Part shown: one piece after another, positions 55,516 through 64,000 of the stretch | How the letters are laid out: the number at the start of each line of letters is the position of its first letter | Position numbering within the stretch: the first letter of the stretch is position 1 | NCBI GenBank assembly: GCA_035315185.1 | Contig: DATFYE010000203.1 | Span: forward strand, 26,101 to 90,100 | Direction: 5' to 3' | DNA length: 64,000 nt | From: Syntrophorhabdales bacterium | GTDB taxonomy: Bacteria; Desulfobacterota; Syntrophorhabdia; Syntrophorhabdales; WCHB1-27 | Program-made: the position numbers and the translations under genes | The notes under the pieces: generated by a model | The model's database searches: none | The model's input: only the letters and a program-made list of their open reading frames with translations | What the model was told of the DNA's origin: nothing

Positions 55516-56778
55516 ATGACAGATGTGCAGAACAAGAGAGGCGCAATCCTGGTGATCGGCGGAGGAGTTGCCGGTATCACTGCGGCAGTTGAAGCAGCGG
55601 AGACTGGCTTCCCTGTATACCTTGTTGAAAAGGAAGCGTACCTCGGGGGACGCGCGGTTCGCATGAATCAGTATTTCCCCAAACTCTGTCCTCCCACCTG
55701 CGGGATGGAGATCAATTTCAAGCGCATAAAAAATAACCCGCTCATCACTTACTACACCATGGCGGAAGTGACCGAGATTCGCGGCGAGGCAGGCAACTAC
55801 ACGGTGAAAGTCACTATGAAACCGCGCTATGTGAATGAGCGCTGCACGGCCTGCGGCAAGTGCGGAGAGGTCTGTCAGACGGAGATCCCCAACTCCTTCA
55901 ACTACGGCATGGATCGCGTGAAGGCTGCGTACCTGCCCCATGAAATGTCTTTTCCAATGCGCTATGTGCTGGCACCGGACATCGTCCAGACGGAGGATGG
56001 TAAGCGTTGTCAGGCGGCCTGTGCGTACGACGCCATTGATCTAGCTATGGTGCCTCAAACCATCGAACTCAAGGTTGCCTCCGTAGTGGTGGCCACCGGC
56101 TGGGAGCCTTATGATGCGCTCAGGATTGATAACCTGGGTTTTGGCAAAGCTGCGAACGTTGTCAACAATGTCATGGTGGAACGTCTCGCTGCGGTGAATG
56201 GACCGACCGGGGGGCGAATCATAAGACCCTCGGATGGCAAAGAGATCAAGAGTATAGCTTTTTGCCAGTGTGCCGGCCAACGCGACGAGAATCATCTGCC
56301 TTTCTGCTCCCGGGTCTGTTGCCTTGCGTCGTTGAAACAGGCCCACTATGTGCGGCAACAGTACCCTGACGCCGATGTATATCTCTTCTATATCGATTTG
56401 CGGGCCATGGGACAAAACGAAGATTTTCTTACTAAGATCCAGGCGGACGAAAAGGTCCGGCTTATCAAGGGGAAAATAGCGAAAGTGGTCGAAGACCCGA
56501 GTACCAAGGACATCATCGTTGAGGCTGAAGCCACGGCCTCAGGAAAGGTCGCGCGGGTGCAGGTGGACATGCTGGTGCTTGCGACCGGAATGGTCCCTTC
56601 CACTGCTAGGGAGAAGATTCCGTTTACTACCCCACACTATGACGAGGATGGATTCACGAAGGACGCACCGGGCATTTATGGCGCCGGGTGCGTTAAGCGT
56701 CCCCTTGATGTGGCCTCATCCGTTCAGGATGCGACGGCGGCAGCTCTCAAGGCGATCCAATCAGCGGTGGGGAGGTAA
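55516..56778 (+). CDS. qmoA: quinone-interacting membrane-bound oxidoreductase subunit A (HdrA-like flavoprotein)
   Basis: 420 aa. ILVIGGGVAGITAA FAD motif, HdrA-like sequence, and position directly after aprBA. Confidence 0.85.
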   Translation: MTDVQNKRGAILVIGGGVAGITAAVEAAETGFPVYLVEKEAYLGGRAVRMNQYFPKLCPPTCGMEINFKRIKNNPLITYYTMAEVTEIRGEAGNYTVKVTMKPRYVNERCTACGKCGEVCQTEIPNSFNYGMDRVKAAYLPHEMSFPMRYVLAPDIVQTEDGKRCQAACAYDAIDLAMVPQTIELKVASVVVATGWEPYDALRIDNLGFGKAANVVNNVMVERLAAVNGPTGGRIIRPSDGKEIKSIAFCQCAGQRDENHLPFCSRVCCLASLKQAHYVRQQYPDADVYLFYIDLRAMGQNEDFLTKIQADEKVRLIKGKIAKVVEDPSTKDIIVEAEATASGKVARVQVDMLVLATGMVPSTAREKIPFTTPHYDEDGFTKDAPGIYGAGCVKRPLDVASSVQDATAAALKAIQSAVGR

Positions 56779-56782
56779 TTCG

Positions 56783-59050
56783 ATGGAAAAGAAGATTGGA
56801 GTCTACATCTGCGGAGGCTGCGGGATAAGCGGCTCGGTCGATGTTGAAAAACTTGCAGACATTGCTAAGAAGGAATATAAGGTGCCTGCTCTTGTGCACC
56901 CGTGTCTTTGCAGCGCGGAAGGGATAGCGCAGGTGCGCAACGAGATGGCCGAGGGCGGTATCAACGGCCTGGTAATTGCGGCCTGCTCTCCCAGAGCCAA
57001 GACTGAGGTATTTTCCTTCGATCCCAAGGCCACGGTCAGCGATCGCGTGAACCTGCGGGAACAGGTGGTCTGGAGCCATGAGCCAAATGTCCTTGAGGGA
57101 AAGAAGTTTGATGAAGATATCCAGATGCTGGCTGAGGACCAACTGCGGATGGGCATCGTAAGGGTGCAGAACATGGATCCGCCTGAGCCTTACCTAAGTG
57201 ATTTCAGCAAGCGTATCCTTGTTGTCGGAGGTGGCGTGACCGGCATGACCTCAGCCTTGGAAACGGCTCGCGCCGGATACGACGTTGTTCTGGTCGAGAA
57301 AGAGTCTGCTCTTGGCGGATTCAGCGCAAGGTTGTTCAAAGAATACCCCAGGGTGGCACCGTATCGCGATCCGGCCTCGCCGGTTTGCGGACCGCTGATA
57401 GAAGCTGTGCGCAAAGAACCACGCATAAAGACTTTTACTGCTGCCACCATTGAAAAAATCGATGGAGCGCCCGGACTCTTTGATGCCTCAATCCGCCAAA
57501 ACGGGAACGTCGTCACGGAGCGCATCGGCGCTATCGTTCTGGCTACTGGGTTTGAACCTTATGATCCTTCGAAGCTTGGTCATCTGGGCTTTGGTGAAAG
57601 CCCGAACGTGGTTACCACGGTCGCTATGGAGGAGATGGCGGCCAAGGGCAACGTTACCCGTCCGTCGGACGGCAAGACTGTAACGAGTGCTGCCTTTATT
57701 CTTTGCGCGGGTTCGCGTGATGCCAACCATCTCCCATACTGTTCTACCACCTGTTGCATGACCTCTCTGAAACAGGCATTGTACGTCCGGGAGCAGAATC
57801 CTGATGCCAGAGTCTACATCTTTTATAAAGACATCCGTACTCCGGGTCAATACGAAAACTTCTACCGGTGGGTGCAGGAGGACGAGGGAATATTTATGAC
57901 CAAGGGAGAGGTGGCTGCGGTAATTCCGGAGGCGGATGGGTCGGTCTCCGTGGACGTTGACGACACCCTTCTCGGCGAAAAGATCCGGGTAAAGGCCGAC
58001 CTTGTGGTTCTGGCCACGGGCATGGTTCCAAGAACCGCTCTGGGAGAAGAAGAGGTGCAGGCCATCTCTGAAGAAGACGAGAAGCAGAAAAAGGATAAAC
58101 AGGAGGACATGGCATCCCGACTTCTCATTCCCACCAGGATGATTAAGTCCAACACGCTGAACCTTGCCTATCGTCAGGGTCCTGAACTGCCCGACCTGAA
58201 ATATGGGTTTCCCGATTCTCATTTTATCTGCTTTCCGTATGAGACGCGCCGGACGGGCATATACGCTGCCGGTTCTGTTCGTCAGCCCATGGACATAGCG
58301 TTCAGCGAGGAGGATGCCGGGGGCGCCGCATTGAAGGCTATCCAATGCGTTGAGCTGACTTCAGAGGGCAAGTCAGTTCATCCTCGTGTTGGCGACATGA
58401 GCTATCCTGATCTCTTTATGCAGCGGTGCACCCAGTGCAAGCGGTGCACTGAGGAGTGCCCTTTCGGGATGTTCAACGAGGACGAAAAAGGCAATCCCCT
58501 GCCAAATCCGACTCGATGCCGCCGCTGCTCCATATGCATGGGCTCCTGTCCTGAGCGAATCATCTCCTTCAAGGACTATTCAGTACCCATGATTGGAGCG
58601 ATGATCAAAGCTATTGAAGTTCCGGAAGAAGACGAGGAAAAGCCGCGCATCCTTGTCCTGGCCTGTGAGAACGATGCCTACCCGGCTCTGGACATGGTCG
58701 GATGGCGCAGAATCAAGTATAATTCCTTTGTTCGCATCATTCCTTTGCGCTGCCTTGGGTCGCTCAACCTGATATGGGTAGCCGACACCCTCTCGAAGGG
58801 CATCGACGGGATACTCTTGCTGGGGTGCGTCCACGGGCATGATTACCAGTGCCACATGATGAAAGGGAGCGAGCTGGCCAATTACCGTTTGTCGAAAGTA
58901 CAAGAGACCTTGAACCGTCTGGCTCTCGAATCGAAACGGCTGCGCATAGAACAGATCGAGATCTCAGACTACCATCGCCTGCCGGGAATCATCGATGAGT
59001 TTCTCGAGACGATAAACGAGGTTGGACCCAATCCGTACAAAGGGTTTTAG
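56783..59050 (+). CDS. qmoB: quinone-interacting membrane-bound oxidoreductase subunit B (HdrA-like + MvhD-like)
   Basis: The start is the ATG at 56783 after GGGGAGG (MEKKIGVYICGGCG). It has VVGGGVTGMTSA, ferredoxin-type CTQCKRCTEECP and CRRCSICMGSCP clusters, and a C-terminal MvhD-like ILVLACENDAY. The ORF extension back to 56519 overlaps qmoA. Confidence 0.85.
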   Translation: MEKKIGVYICGGCGISGSVDVEKLADIAKKEYKVPALVHPCLCSAEGIAQVRNEMAEGGINGLVIAACSPRAKTEVFSFDPKATVSDRVNLREQVVWSHEPNVLEGKKFDEDIQMLAEDQLRMGIVRVQNMDPPEPYLSDFSKRILVVGGGVTGMTSALETARAGYDVVLVEKESALGGFSARLFKEYPRVAPYRDPASPVCGPLIEAVRKEPRIKTFTAATIEKIDGAPGLFDASIRQNGNVVTERIGAIVLATGFEPYDPSKLGHLGFGESPNVVTTVAMEEMAAKGNVTRPSDGKTVTSAAFILCAGSRDANHLPYCSTTCCMTSLKQALYVREQNPDARVYIFYKDIRTPGQYENFYRWVQEDEGIFMTKGEVAAVIPEADGSVSVDVDDTLLGEKIRVKADLVVLATGMVPRTALGEEEVQAISEEDEKQKKDKQEDMASRLLIPTRMIKSNTLNLAYRQGPELPDLKYGFPDSHFICFPYETRRTGIYAAGSVRQPMDIAFSEEDAGGAALKAIQCVELTSEGKSVHPRVGDMSYPDLFMQRCTQCKRCTEECPFGMFNEDEKGNPLPNPTRCRRCSICMGSCPERIISFKDYSVPMIGAMIKAIEVPEEDEEKPRILVLACENDAYPALDMVGWRRIKYNSFVRIIPLRCLGSLNLIWVADTLSKGIDGILLLGCVHGHDYQCHMMKGSELANYRLSKVQETLNRLALESKRLRIEQIEISDYHRLPGIIDEFLETINEVGPNPYKGF

Positions 59051-59062
59051 GAGGTAATCAGA

Positions 59063-60247
59063 ATGCCACAGGCGACTGTGACAGAGCCGGATCTGAAGTT
59101 TGTCAAGGAGATAAAGGGATGCGGAGGAGATGCCCTGAAGAAGTGCTTTCAGTGCGCCAGTTGCTCGACCGTGTGCAACCTGTCCCCTGACGATCATCCT
59201 TTTCCCAGAAAAGAGATGGTCTGGGCCCAGTGGGGCCTTAAGAGCAAGCTGTCGAGAGATCCTGACCTATGGCTCTGTCACCAGTGCAACGATTGCACGG
59301 AGTACTGTCCCCGCGGGGCAAAGCCCGGAGACGTTCTCGCCGCATTGCGCCGCCTGGTTATCCGGGAGAATGCCTTTCCTCGGTTTTTGGCCAGAATGGT
59401 GAACGATCCCCGGTTTCTTCCGGTGGTCTTTGCCATCCCTGTAATCCTGCTGCTCCTTTTGATGGCCAATGCAGGCACGTTGCGAATCCCCCATGGTGAA
59501 ATTATCTACCGGAACTTTATACCGCAATGGCCTGTGGTCGATGTGCTGTTTCCTCTGACCGCGATCTGGACTGTCATCTGCTCGGCCGTGGTGATTCGCC
59601 GGTTCTGGTCTGGTTTGCGTGAAGGATCGGATGGCCGACTTCTGACGCAGAGTTATTCATGGGGGCAAGTCGTTCCTTTGCTGTCGAATATTCTCCGGCA
59701 TAAATACTTTCAGGAATGCAAGGCAAGCCGGAGCAGATATCTGGCCCATTTCAACATCATGTGGGGCTTCATACTGCTCGCCGTGACCACCACGTGTGTG
59801 GCGGCCGGGGTTTACCTGTTCCACTACGAAACGCCCTATTCGTTGAGCAACCCAATTAAGTGGATCGGCAATGTGGGCGCGTTGATCTTGATCCTGGGGT
59901 CCTCTTTAGCGTTTGTCAATCGGCTTTCCAAGCCCGATGCAGTGGGAAAAGGCACCTACTTCGACTGGCTCTTTCTGTTGGTCGTCCTGGCAACAGGCGT
60001 GACAGGGCTTCTCGCGGAGATCCTTCGTCTCGCCAACGCCCCTGACGTGGCTTATCCTGTTTATTTTATCCATCTGGTTTTCGTCTGGTTCCTCTTCGCC
60101 TATCTGCCCTTCTCGAAATTTGCCCACCTCCTGTATCGGACAACTGCGCTTATGTACGCGAGCCGCATAGGAAGGGAGCTTAAAAAAGGAACGGCACTTT
60201 CATCGATCGCAGCGATACAGGCGGGCGCCCGACGAGAGATTTCCTGA
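59063..60247 (+). CDS. qmoC: quinone-interacting membrane-bound oxidoreductase subunit C (HdrC-like FeS + HdrE-like cytochrome b membrane domain)
   Basis: 394 aa. CFQCASCSTVC and CHQCNDCTEYCP are followed by about 6 TM helices. Confidence 0.85.
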   Translation: MPQATVTEPDLKFVKEIKGCGGDALKKCFQCASCSTVCNLSPDDHPFPRKEMVWAQWGLKSKLSRDPDLWLCHQCNDCTEYCPRGAKPGDVLAALRRLVIRENAFPRFLARMVNDPRFLPVVFAIPVILLLLLMANAGTLRIPHGEIIYRNFIPQWPVVDVLFPLTAIWTVICSAVVIRRFWSGLREGSDGRLLTQSYSWGQVVPLLSNILRHKYFQECKASRSRYLAHFNIMWGFILLAVTTTCVAAGVYLFHYETPYSLSNPIKWIGNVGALILILGSSLAFVNRLSKPDAVGKGTYFDWLFLLVVLATGVTGLLAEILRLANAPDVAYPVYFIHLVFVWFLFAYLPFSKFAHLLYRTTALMYASRIGRELKKGTALSSIAAIQAGARREIS

Positions 60248-60257
60248 AGGAGGCTAA

Positions 60258-61043
60258 ATGACTGCCGAAGAAAAGTTGGATGATCGCTCATCCACTCAGT
60301 TGCACAAAGGCGACAGGATCAGGTTCCGCTGTCACTCACAATTAGCCTGCTTCACTAAGTGCTGCCGTGATGTGAACATCTTTCTTTCCCCTTACGATAT
60401 TCTGCGCCTGAAGAAGAGGCTGGCTATTTCATCGGAAGATTTCCTGGAAAAATACACCATCTCTCTCATCCCCGAAGCTTCCGGATTTCCGGTCATCCTG
60501 CTGAAGATGGAGGAGGATCGAAACAGAGTCTGTCCTTTTGTTGCGTCCCAAGGATGTTCTGTCTATGAGGATAGACCCTGGTCCTGCCGTATGTTCCCGC
60601 TTGACCAGGGAAGTCGCGTCGGGGATTTTCACCTCATTGCCCCGCCATCTCTCTGTCTGGGATTGAGAGAAAGAACGGAACAGACCGTGGAGCAATACCT
60701 GGGGAGTCAGGATCTCGGATCGTATGAGGAGAATGAAAAACTCTTGGGCAATATCGCATCCAATCCTCGATTTTCCAGGACCAGCATCCAGAACCCCAAG
60801 GTTCAAGAGATGATCCGGATGGCTCTGTATGACTTGGACCGTTTCCGCAGGTTTGTTCTTGAAAGTCGATTCCTGCAGATTTTTCATGTTGAGAAAGAGA
60901 TCTCTGAAAAAATCGCAACGGATGACGTGGAATTGCTGAAACTTGCTCTGCGCTGGCTGGAATTTGGCCTGATTGCGGGAGAGACGCTCGAGATGCGAGA
61001 AGACATCGTGGCGAGAAGCAAAGAGAGTTCAGGGCAGGGCTAG
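60258..61043 (+). CDS. YkgJ/UPF0153-family cysteine-cluster protein, paralogue 1
   Basis: 261 aa. FRCHSQLACFTKCC and CPFV...GCSVYEDRPWSCRMFP are present. GAAGGAGG Shine-Dalgarno, 10 nt after qmoC. Confidence 0.65.
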   Translation: MTAEEKLDDRSSTQLHKGDRIRFRCHSQLACFTKCCRDVNIFLSPYDILRLKKRLAISSEDFLEKYTISLIPEASGFPVILLKMEEDRNRVCPFVASQGCSVYEDRPWSCRMFPLDQGSRVGDFHLIAPPSLCLGLRERTEQTVEQYLGSQDLGSYEENEKLLGNIASNPRFSRTSIQNPKVQEMIRMALYDLDRFRRFVLESRFLQIFHVEKEISEKIATDDVELLKLALRWLEFGLIAGETLEMREDIVARSKESSGQG

Positions 61044-61052
61044 GTTATTCCT

Positions 61053-61850
61053 GTGCAAGACACCTTCAGACTCACAGGCAAAAGGCAAGAGGAGATCAAG
61101 ATTCTTACCGGGGAGAAGCTCAAGTTCTTCTGCCACCGGGGAATCTCCTGTTTCACTGCCTGCTGTGCAGATCTTCAATTGATCCTGACGCCGTATGACA
61201 TCCTTCGTATGAAAAAAAGGCTTCAGCTCAGCACCAGAGAATTCATGGATCAGTACACAACGCCGGATGAGCGCAGGGAATCAATTTTTCCTTTGGTCTG
61301 CCTCAAGATGAGAGATGATGTGAAACGGCAGTGTCCTTTTGTCAGTCCGCAGGGCTGCACGATTTATGAGGATCGTCCAGGGGCTTGCCGTCTGTATCCA
61401 TTGGGCAGGGCTACCAGCAGCGATGCATCGGGAATGAAGGAGGGCGAGTTTTATTTCTTTGTGCAAGAAGCCCACTGCCTGGGATTCCTGGAGCAGAGGG
61501 AATGGACAATTGAGGAGTGGATTCAAGACCAGGGAGCAAGGCTCTACAACCAGATGAACCGGCCCTGGATGGAGATTGTTACGAGTAGGAACAGACATAT
61601 ACGAGAGCTGAACGAACAGAAGCTGGGAATGTTCCACATGGTCAGTTATAATCTGGAGCGCTTCCGGGAGTTCGTCTTCAATACTAAGTTTCTCAAGGTC
61701 TTTGACATTTCTTCGGAAGAGATCAAGAAAACGGCATCCGATGAGGTCGAACTGATGAAGCTGGGCATGCGGTGGCTGAAATTCGCGCTTTACGGGGAAG
61801 ATACTTTTGTCCCCCGGGCAGGTATGGCCGAAGGTCCAGAATCTGCGTGA
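61053..61850 (+). CDS. YkgJ/UPF0153-family cysteine-cluster protein, paralogue 2
   Basis: 265 aa with a GTG start. It has FFCHRGISCFTACC and CPFV...GCTIYEDRPGACRLYP and is collinear with the upstream paralogue. Confidence 0.65.
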   Translation: MQDTFRLTGKRQEEIKILTGEKLKFFCHRGISCFTACCADLQLILTPYDILRMKKRLQLSTREFMDQYTTPDERRESIFPLVCLKMRDDVKRQCPFVSPQGCTIYEDRPGACRLYPLGRATSSDASGMKEGEFYFFVQEAHCLGFLEQREWTIEEWIQDQGARLYNQMNRPWMEIVTSRNRHIRELNEQKLGMFHMVSYNLERFREFVFNTKFLKVFDISSEEIKKTASDEVELMKLGMRWLKFALYGEDTFVPRAGMAEGPESA

Positions 61851-61923
61851 TAGAAACTTAGTTGGTCGTCAGGGAAGCGGCGCTGAGAAGAGCAATGGAG
61901 CGGAAGGTTGGCCCTAACCGCAT

Positions 61924-62095
61924 GTAATACCAATTTGCATTCAAAAATAGAGCGAGGCGCTCAAGCCGTGGCGAACGGAGGCGTACTTAGAGTGCGTCGG
62001 AGTGAGACGGGGCGCAACACCCACTGACGTGGGTACCCGGAAGAGGGGTACCCGTGTCTAAACACGGGTCTATGAATGAAGGCAACTTGGTATAA
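61924..62095 (-). repeat. MITE-like inverted-repeat element, long form, copy 2 (inverted relative to copies 1 and 3)
   Basis: GTAATACCAATTTGCATTCAAAAATAGAGCGAGGCGC ... GAATGAAGGCAACTTGGTATAA. Its reverse complement matches both ends of 25625-25700. Confidence 0.55.
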
Positions 62096-62110
62096 AGGGA
62101 GGATGAGAGG

Positions 62111-62428
62111 ATGGATTGCCGGAACCCTTACATTGAACAATTCATAAGAAAGCTGATTGCAGAAAAAGGAGAGAAACTGGAACCGGACGCGCTGGAAAGA
62201 TTGGTTGAGGATCTCAATCGGCTGCTGGAAAATATGATTGGAAGAAATATGATCGCGGCCCTGCCGGATGCGGTGCGCGATCAGTTCGTCACCGACCACC
62301 ATAAAGGAAGCCGGGATGTGGATATCACTGAGATGTCCCAGGTGTTCGATAAATACATAGCCGATCCAACGCAGATCATGAAGAAGACGTTGAAGGAGTT
62401 TGCAGATCTCTATTTTAGAAATAGATGA
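62111..62428 (+). CDS. small helical protein of unknown function
   Basis: 105 aa with a GGGAGGATGAGAGG Shine-Dalgarno region. Hydrophilic, no motif recognised. Confidence 0.45.
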   Translation: MDCRNPYIEQFIRKLIAEKGEKLEPDALERLVEDLNRLLENMIGRNMIAALPDAVRDQFVTDHHKGSRDVDITEMSQVFDKYIADPTQIMKKTLKEFADLYFRNR

Positions 62429-62500
62429 AAAAACTGCCCATCCACGAATTTTCCATCTGAAGCAGCGAGAAAACGCCACGCAAGTAACACGAGAGCCCGC

Positions 62501-63889
62501 TCATGCGTCCTGCACGTCGACCCTAAGTTGAGCCGTAATGTCGTATTTTTTGAGTAGCTTCCAGAGGGTTACACGGCTAATACCTAGAAGGCGGGCTGCC
62601 TCTGCTTTGTTGCCTTGTGATTTTTCGAGAGCTGCCACCAGGTCTTTCTCACCAATGTGATGCACACCTCTCCCTGCGTCGCGATCGATAGAGGGTTGTT
62701 TTTTTTCGGACAGAGATGGCAGATGCTGTGGCGCAATGAAAGCATCGTGACATACCACGAACGCATATTCCAAGGCATTTATCAGTTCTCGGACGTTACC
62801 CGGCCACGCATGGGTGATGAGAGTCTTCATCGTCTCCTCAGTAATTCCCTGGATCGCTTTGTCGGTTCGCAGGCGTATGCCTCGGACCAGATGGTGCACA
62901 AGAAGGGGTATATCCTCGGGTCTCTCCCTGAGCGGTGGCACGGATATGGGTACTACATTGAGCCGGTAGTAAAGGTCTTCACGGAAGCGCCCTTCCTGGC
63001 ACATTTGCCAGAGGTTGCGGTGCGTAGCGGCGATGATACGGGTGTCAACAGGAATAGGCGTGAGATCCCCGACTTTCTCGATCTTCTTCTCCTGCAGCAC
63101 GCGGAGGAGCTTCACCTGTGTTGAAAGCGGAATATCACCTATCTCGTCCATGAACAAATCGCCGCCGTGTGATGCCTCAAAGCGTCCACGTCTGTCTCGG
63201 TCTGCTCCTGTAAACGCGCCCTTCACGTGGCCGAAGAGTTCGCTCTCGAGGAGCGACTCGCTCAGGGCTGCGCAGCTTACCTTGATGAAGGGTCCCCTGC
63301 TCCTCTTGCCAAGGGCATGGATGGCATTGGCCACCAGTTCTTTTCCGGTTCCGCTCTCTCCGTAAACGATGACCGGGACATCCGACGCTGCAGCATCCAT
63401 TATCAGATCGTATAGGGCGAGCATACTCGGGCTTCTTCCCACAATACCTTCAAACACATCCCGGCCCGGCGACACAAGGTCTGCCAACTCCTTTATAGTC
63501 TGCTCCTTTTCGACCAGGGAGGTGATATCCGTGAGCGTTTCCACGCCGCCTATCAGGGCACCATCCTTGGCTTTCAGGACAGCCGCATTCTTGAGAGCGT
63601 AAAGGGGACGGCCATCCTTTGTCTGAAGACAGCATCGCCTTCCCATTATAGATCCAGAATGGTAGAGCTCACAATTGACGTGCATATGGCCCTCCCCATC
63701 CAGAGAGAAGCATTTGTCGCACTTCAAGATGGTGCATGACTGCCCCACAAGCTCTGCTGCAGAGTATCCGGTCATCCTCTCCACAGCCTTGTTTACCGAA
63801 AGGATATTTCCCTCCGGATTGACCACAATGACGCCGTCCATGATCGTATCGATGATTGCCTCAGAATATACCCGAAGAAACGTCTTCAT
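62501..63889 (-). CDS. sigma54-dependent transcriptional activator (PAS + AAA+ + Fis HTH)
   Basis: Walker A GESGTGKE, the GAFTGA loop, an ESELFGH block and the C-terminal HTH AARLLGISRVTLWKLLKKY. An N-terminal PAS domain begins at the internal Met (MKTFLRVYSEAIIDTIMDGVIVV). Confidence 0.85.
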   Translation of the reverse strand: MKTFLRVYSEAIIDTIMDGVIVVNPEGNILSVNKAVERMTGYSAAELVGQSCTILKCDKCFSLDGEGHMHVNCELYHSGSIMGRRCCLQTKDGRPLYALKNAAVLKAKDGALIGGVETLTDITSLVEKEQTIKELADLVSPGRDVFEGIVGRSPSMLALYDLIMDAAASDVPVIVYGESGTGKELVANAIHALGKRSRGPFIKVSCAALSESLLESELFGHVKGAFTGADRDRRGRFEASHGGDLFMDEIGDIPLSTQVKLLRVLQEKKIEKVGDLTPIPVDTRIIAATHRNLWQMCQEGRFREDLYYRLNVVPISVPPLRERPEDIPLLVHHLVRGIRLRTDKAIQGITEETMKTLITHAWPGNVRELINALEYAFVVCHDAFIAPQHLPSLSEKKQPSIDRDAGRGVHHIGEKDLVAALEKSQGNKAEAARLLGISRVTLWKLLKKYDITAQLRVDVQDA

Positions 63890-64000
63890 GATGAACCCAT
63901 GAATCCCGAATACCGTTAAGGTGAACGTTAACTTAATATTAACATTAACGGTGCGACTTTGCAAGATAAAATCGTAGTTTCGGCAGCTATCTTAGCAGTT

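Noticed and set aside
56519-56782. N-terminal extension of the qmoB ORF. There are analogous extensions at 4015, 18360, 19162, 50095, 52496 and 63964.
   Set aside because: The extensions overlap upstream genes or promoter blocks and lack ribosome-binding sites. In each case an internal ATG or GTG preceded by a good Shine-Dalgarno coincides with the conserved protein N-terminus.
61961-62479. 172-aa ORF on the minus strand.
   Set aside because: It runs through the MITE-like repeat and lies antisense to the better-supported 62111-62428 gene. It has no Shine-Dalgarno sequence or motif.
1-64000. Search for CRISPR arrays, rRNA, tRNA, integrase/transposase genes and toxin-antitoxin or defence systems.
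   Set aside because: I noticed no regularly spaced direct repeats, no rRNA- or tRNA-like sequence and no recombinase or transposase ORF. The only repeats are the MITE-like elements and the promoter blocks listed above.

Overview
This 64-kb window comes from a sulfate-reducing bacterium. It carries a complete sat / aprBA / qmoABC dissimilatory sulfate-activation and reduction core at 51.3-60.2 kb and a membrane H+-pyrophosphatase. It also shows evidence of selenocysteine usage. Spot counts give roughly 50% GC overall, with two patches above about 60% (7.5-9.2 kb and 21.3-25.6 kb).

The left 18 kb is mostly housekeeping:
- a stand-alone rplC with its own promoter
- a heterodimeric ABC exporter
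- a histidine phosphatase
- hppA
- an MFS-ABM fusion
- an RRM protein followed by rpsU
- an operon of M18 aminopeptidase, lon and an AmmeMemoRadiSam-type radical SAM enzyme
- a cupin protein
- a MOT1/SulP-like anion transporter
- a multihaem cytochrome gene interrupted by a single in-frame TGA

The centre (18.2-50 kb) is a roughly 31-kb accessory island that I cannot match to a described system. It holds:
- five TSUP (TauE/SafE-type) anion permeases
- two periplasmic single-anchor accessory proteins, one of them fused to an enzyme
- five large paralogues with a PpsA/PPDK-type dikinase core (ATP-grasp plus phosphohistidine swivel domain) that share a family-specific C-terminal domain instead of the PEP/pyruvate TIM barrel
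- a sixth, core-less member of the same family
- two sensor kinases, three receiver proteins and a CBS-pair protein

The island is bracketed by two paralogous cytidylate-kinase-like/BON genes. A conserved promoter/operator block of about 35 bp occurs four times: in front of both bracket genes, of one TSUP operon, and of sat. Three copies of a MITE-like inverted-repeat element are present, and two of them flank the GC-rich TSUP-dikinase fusion module.

I saw no rRNA, tRNA or CRISPR array. All family assignments come from motif reading of the supplied translations. No database search was run.
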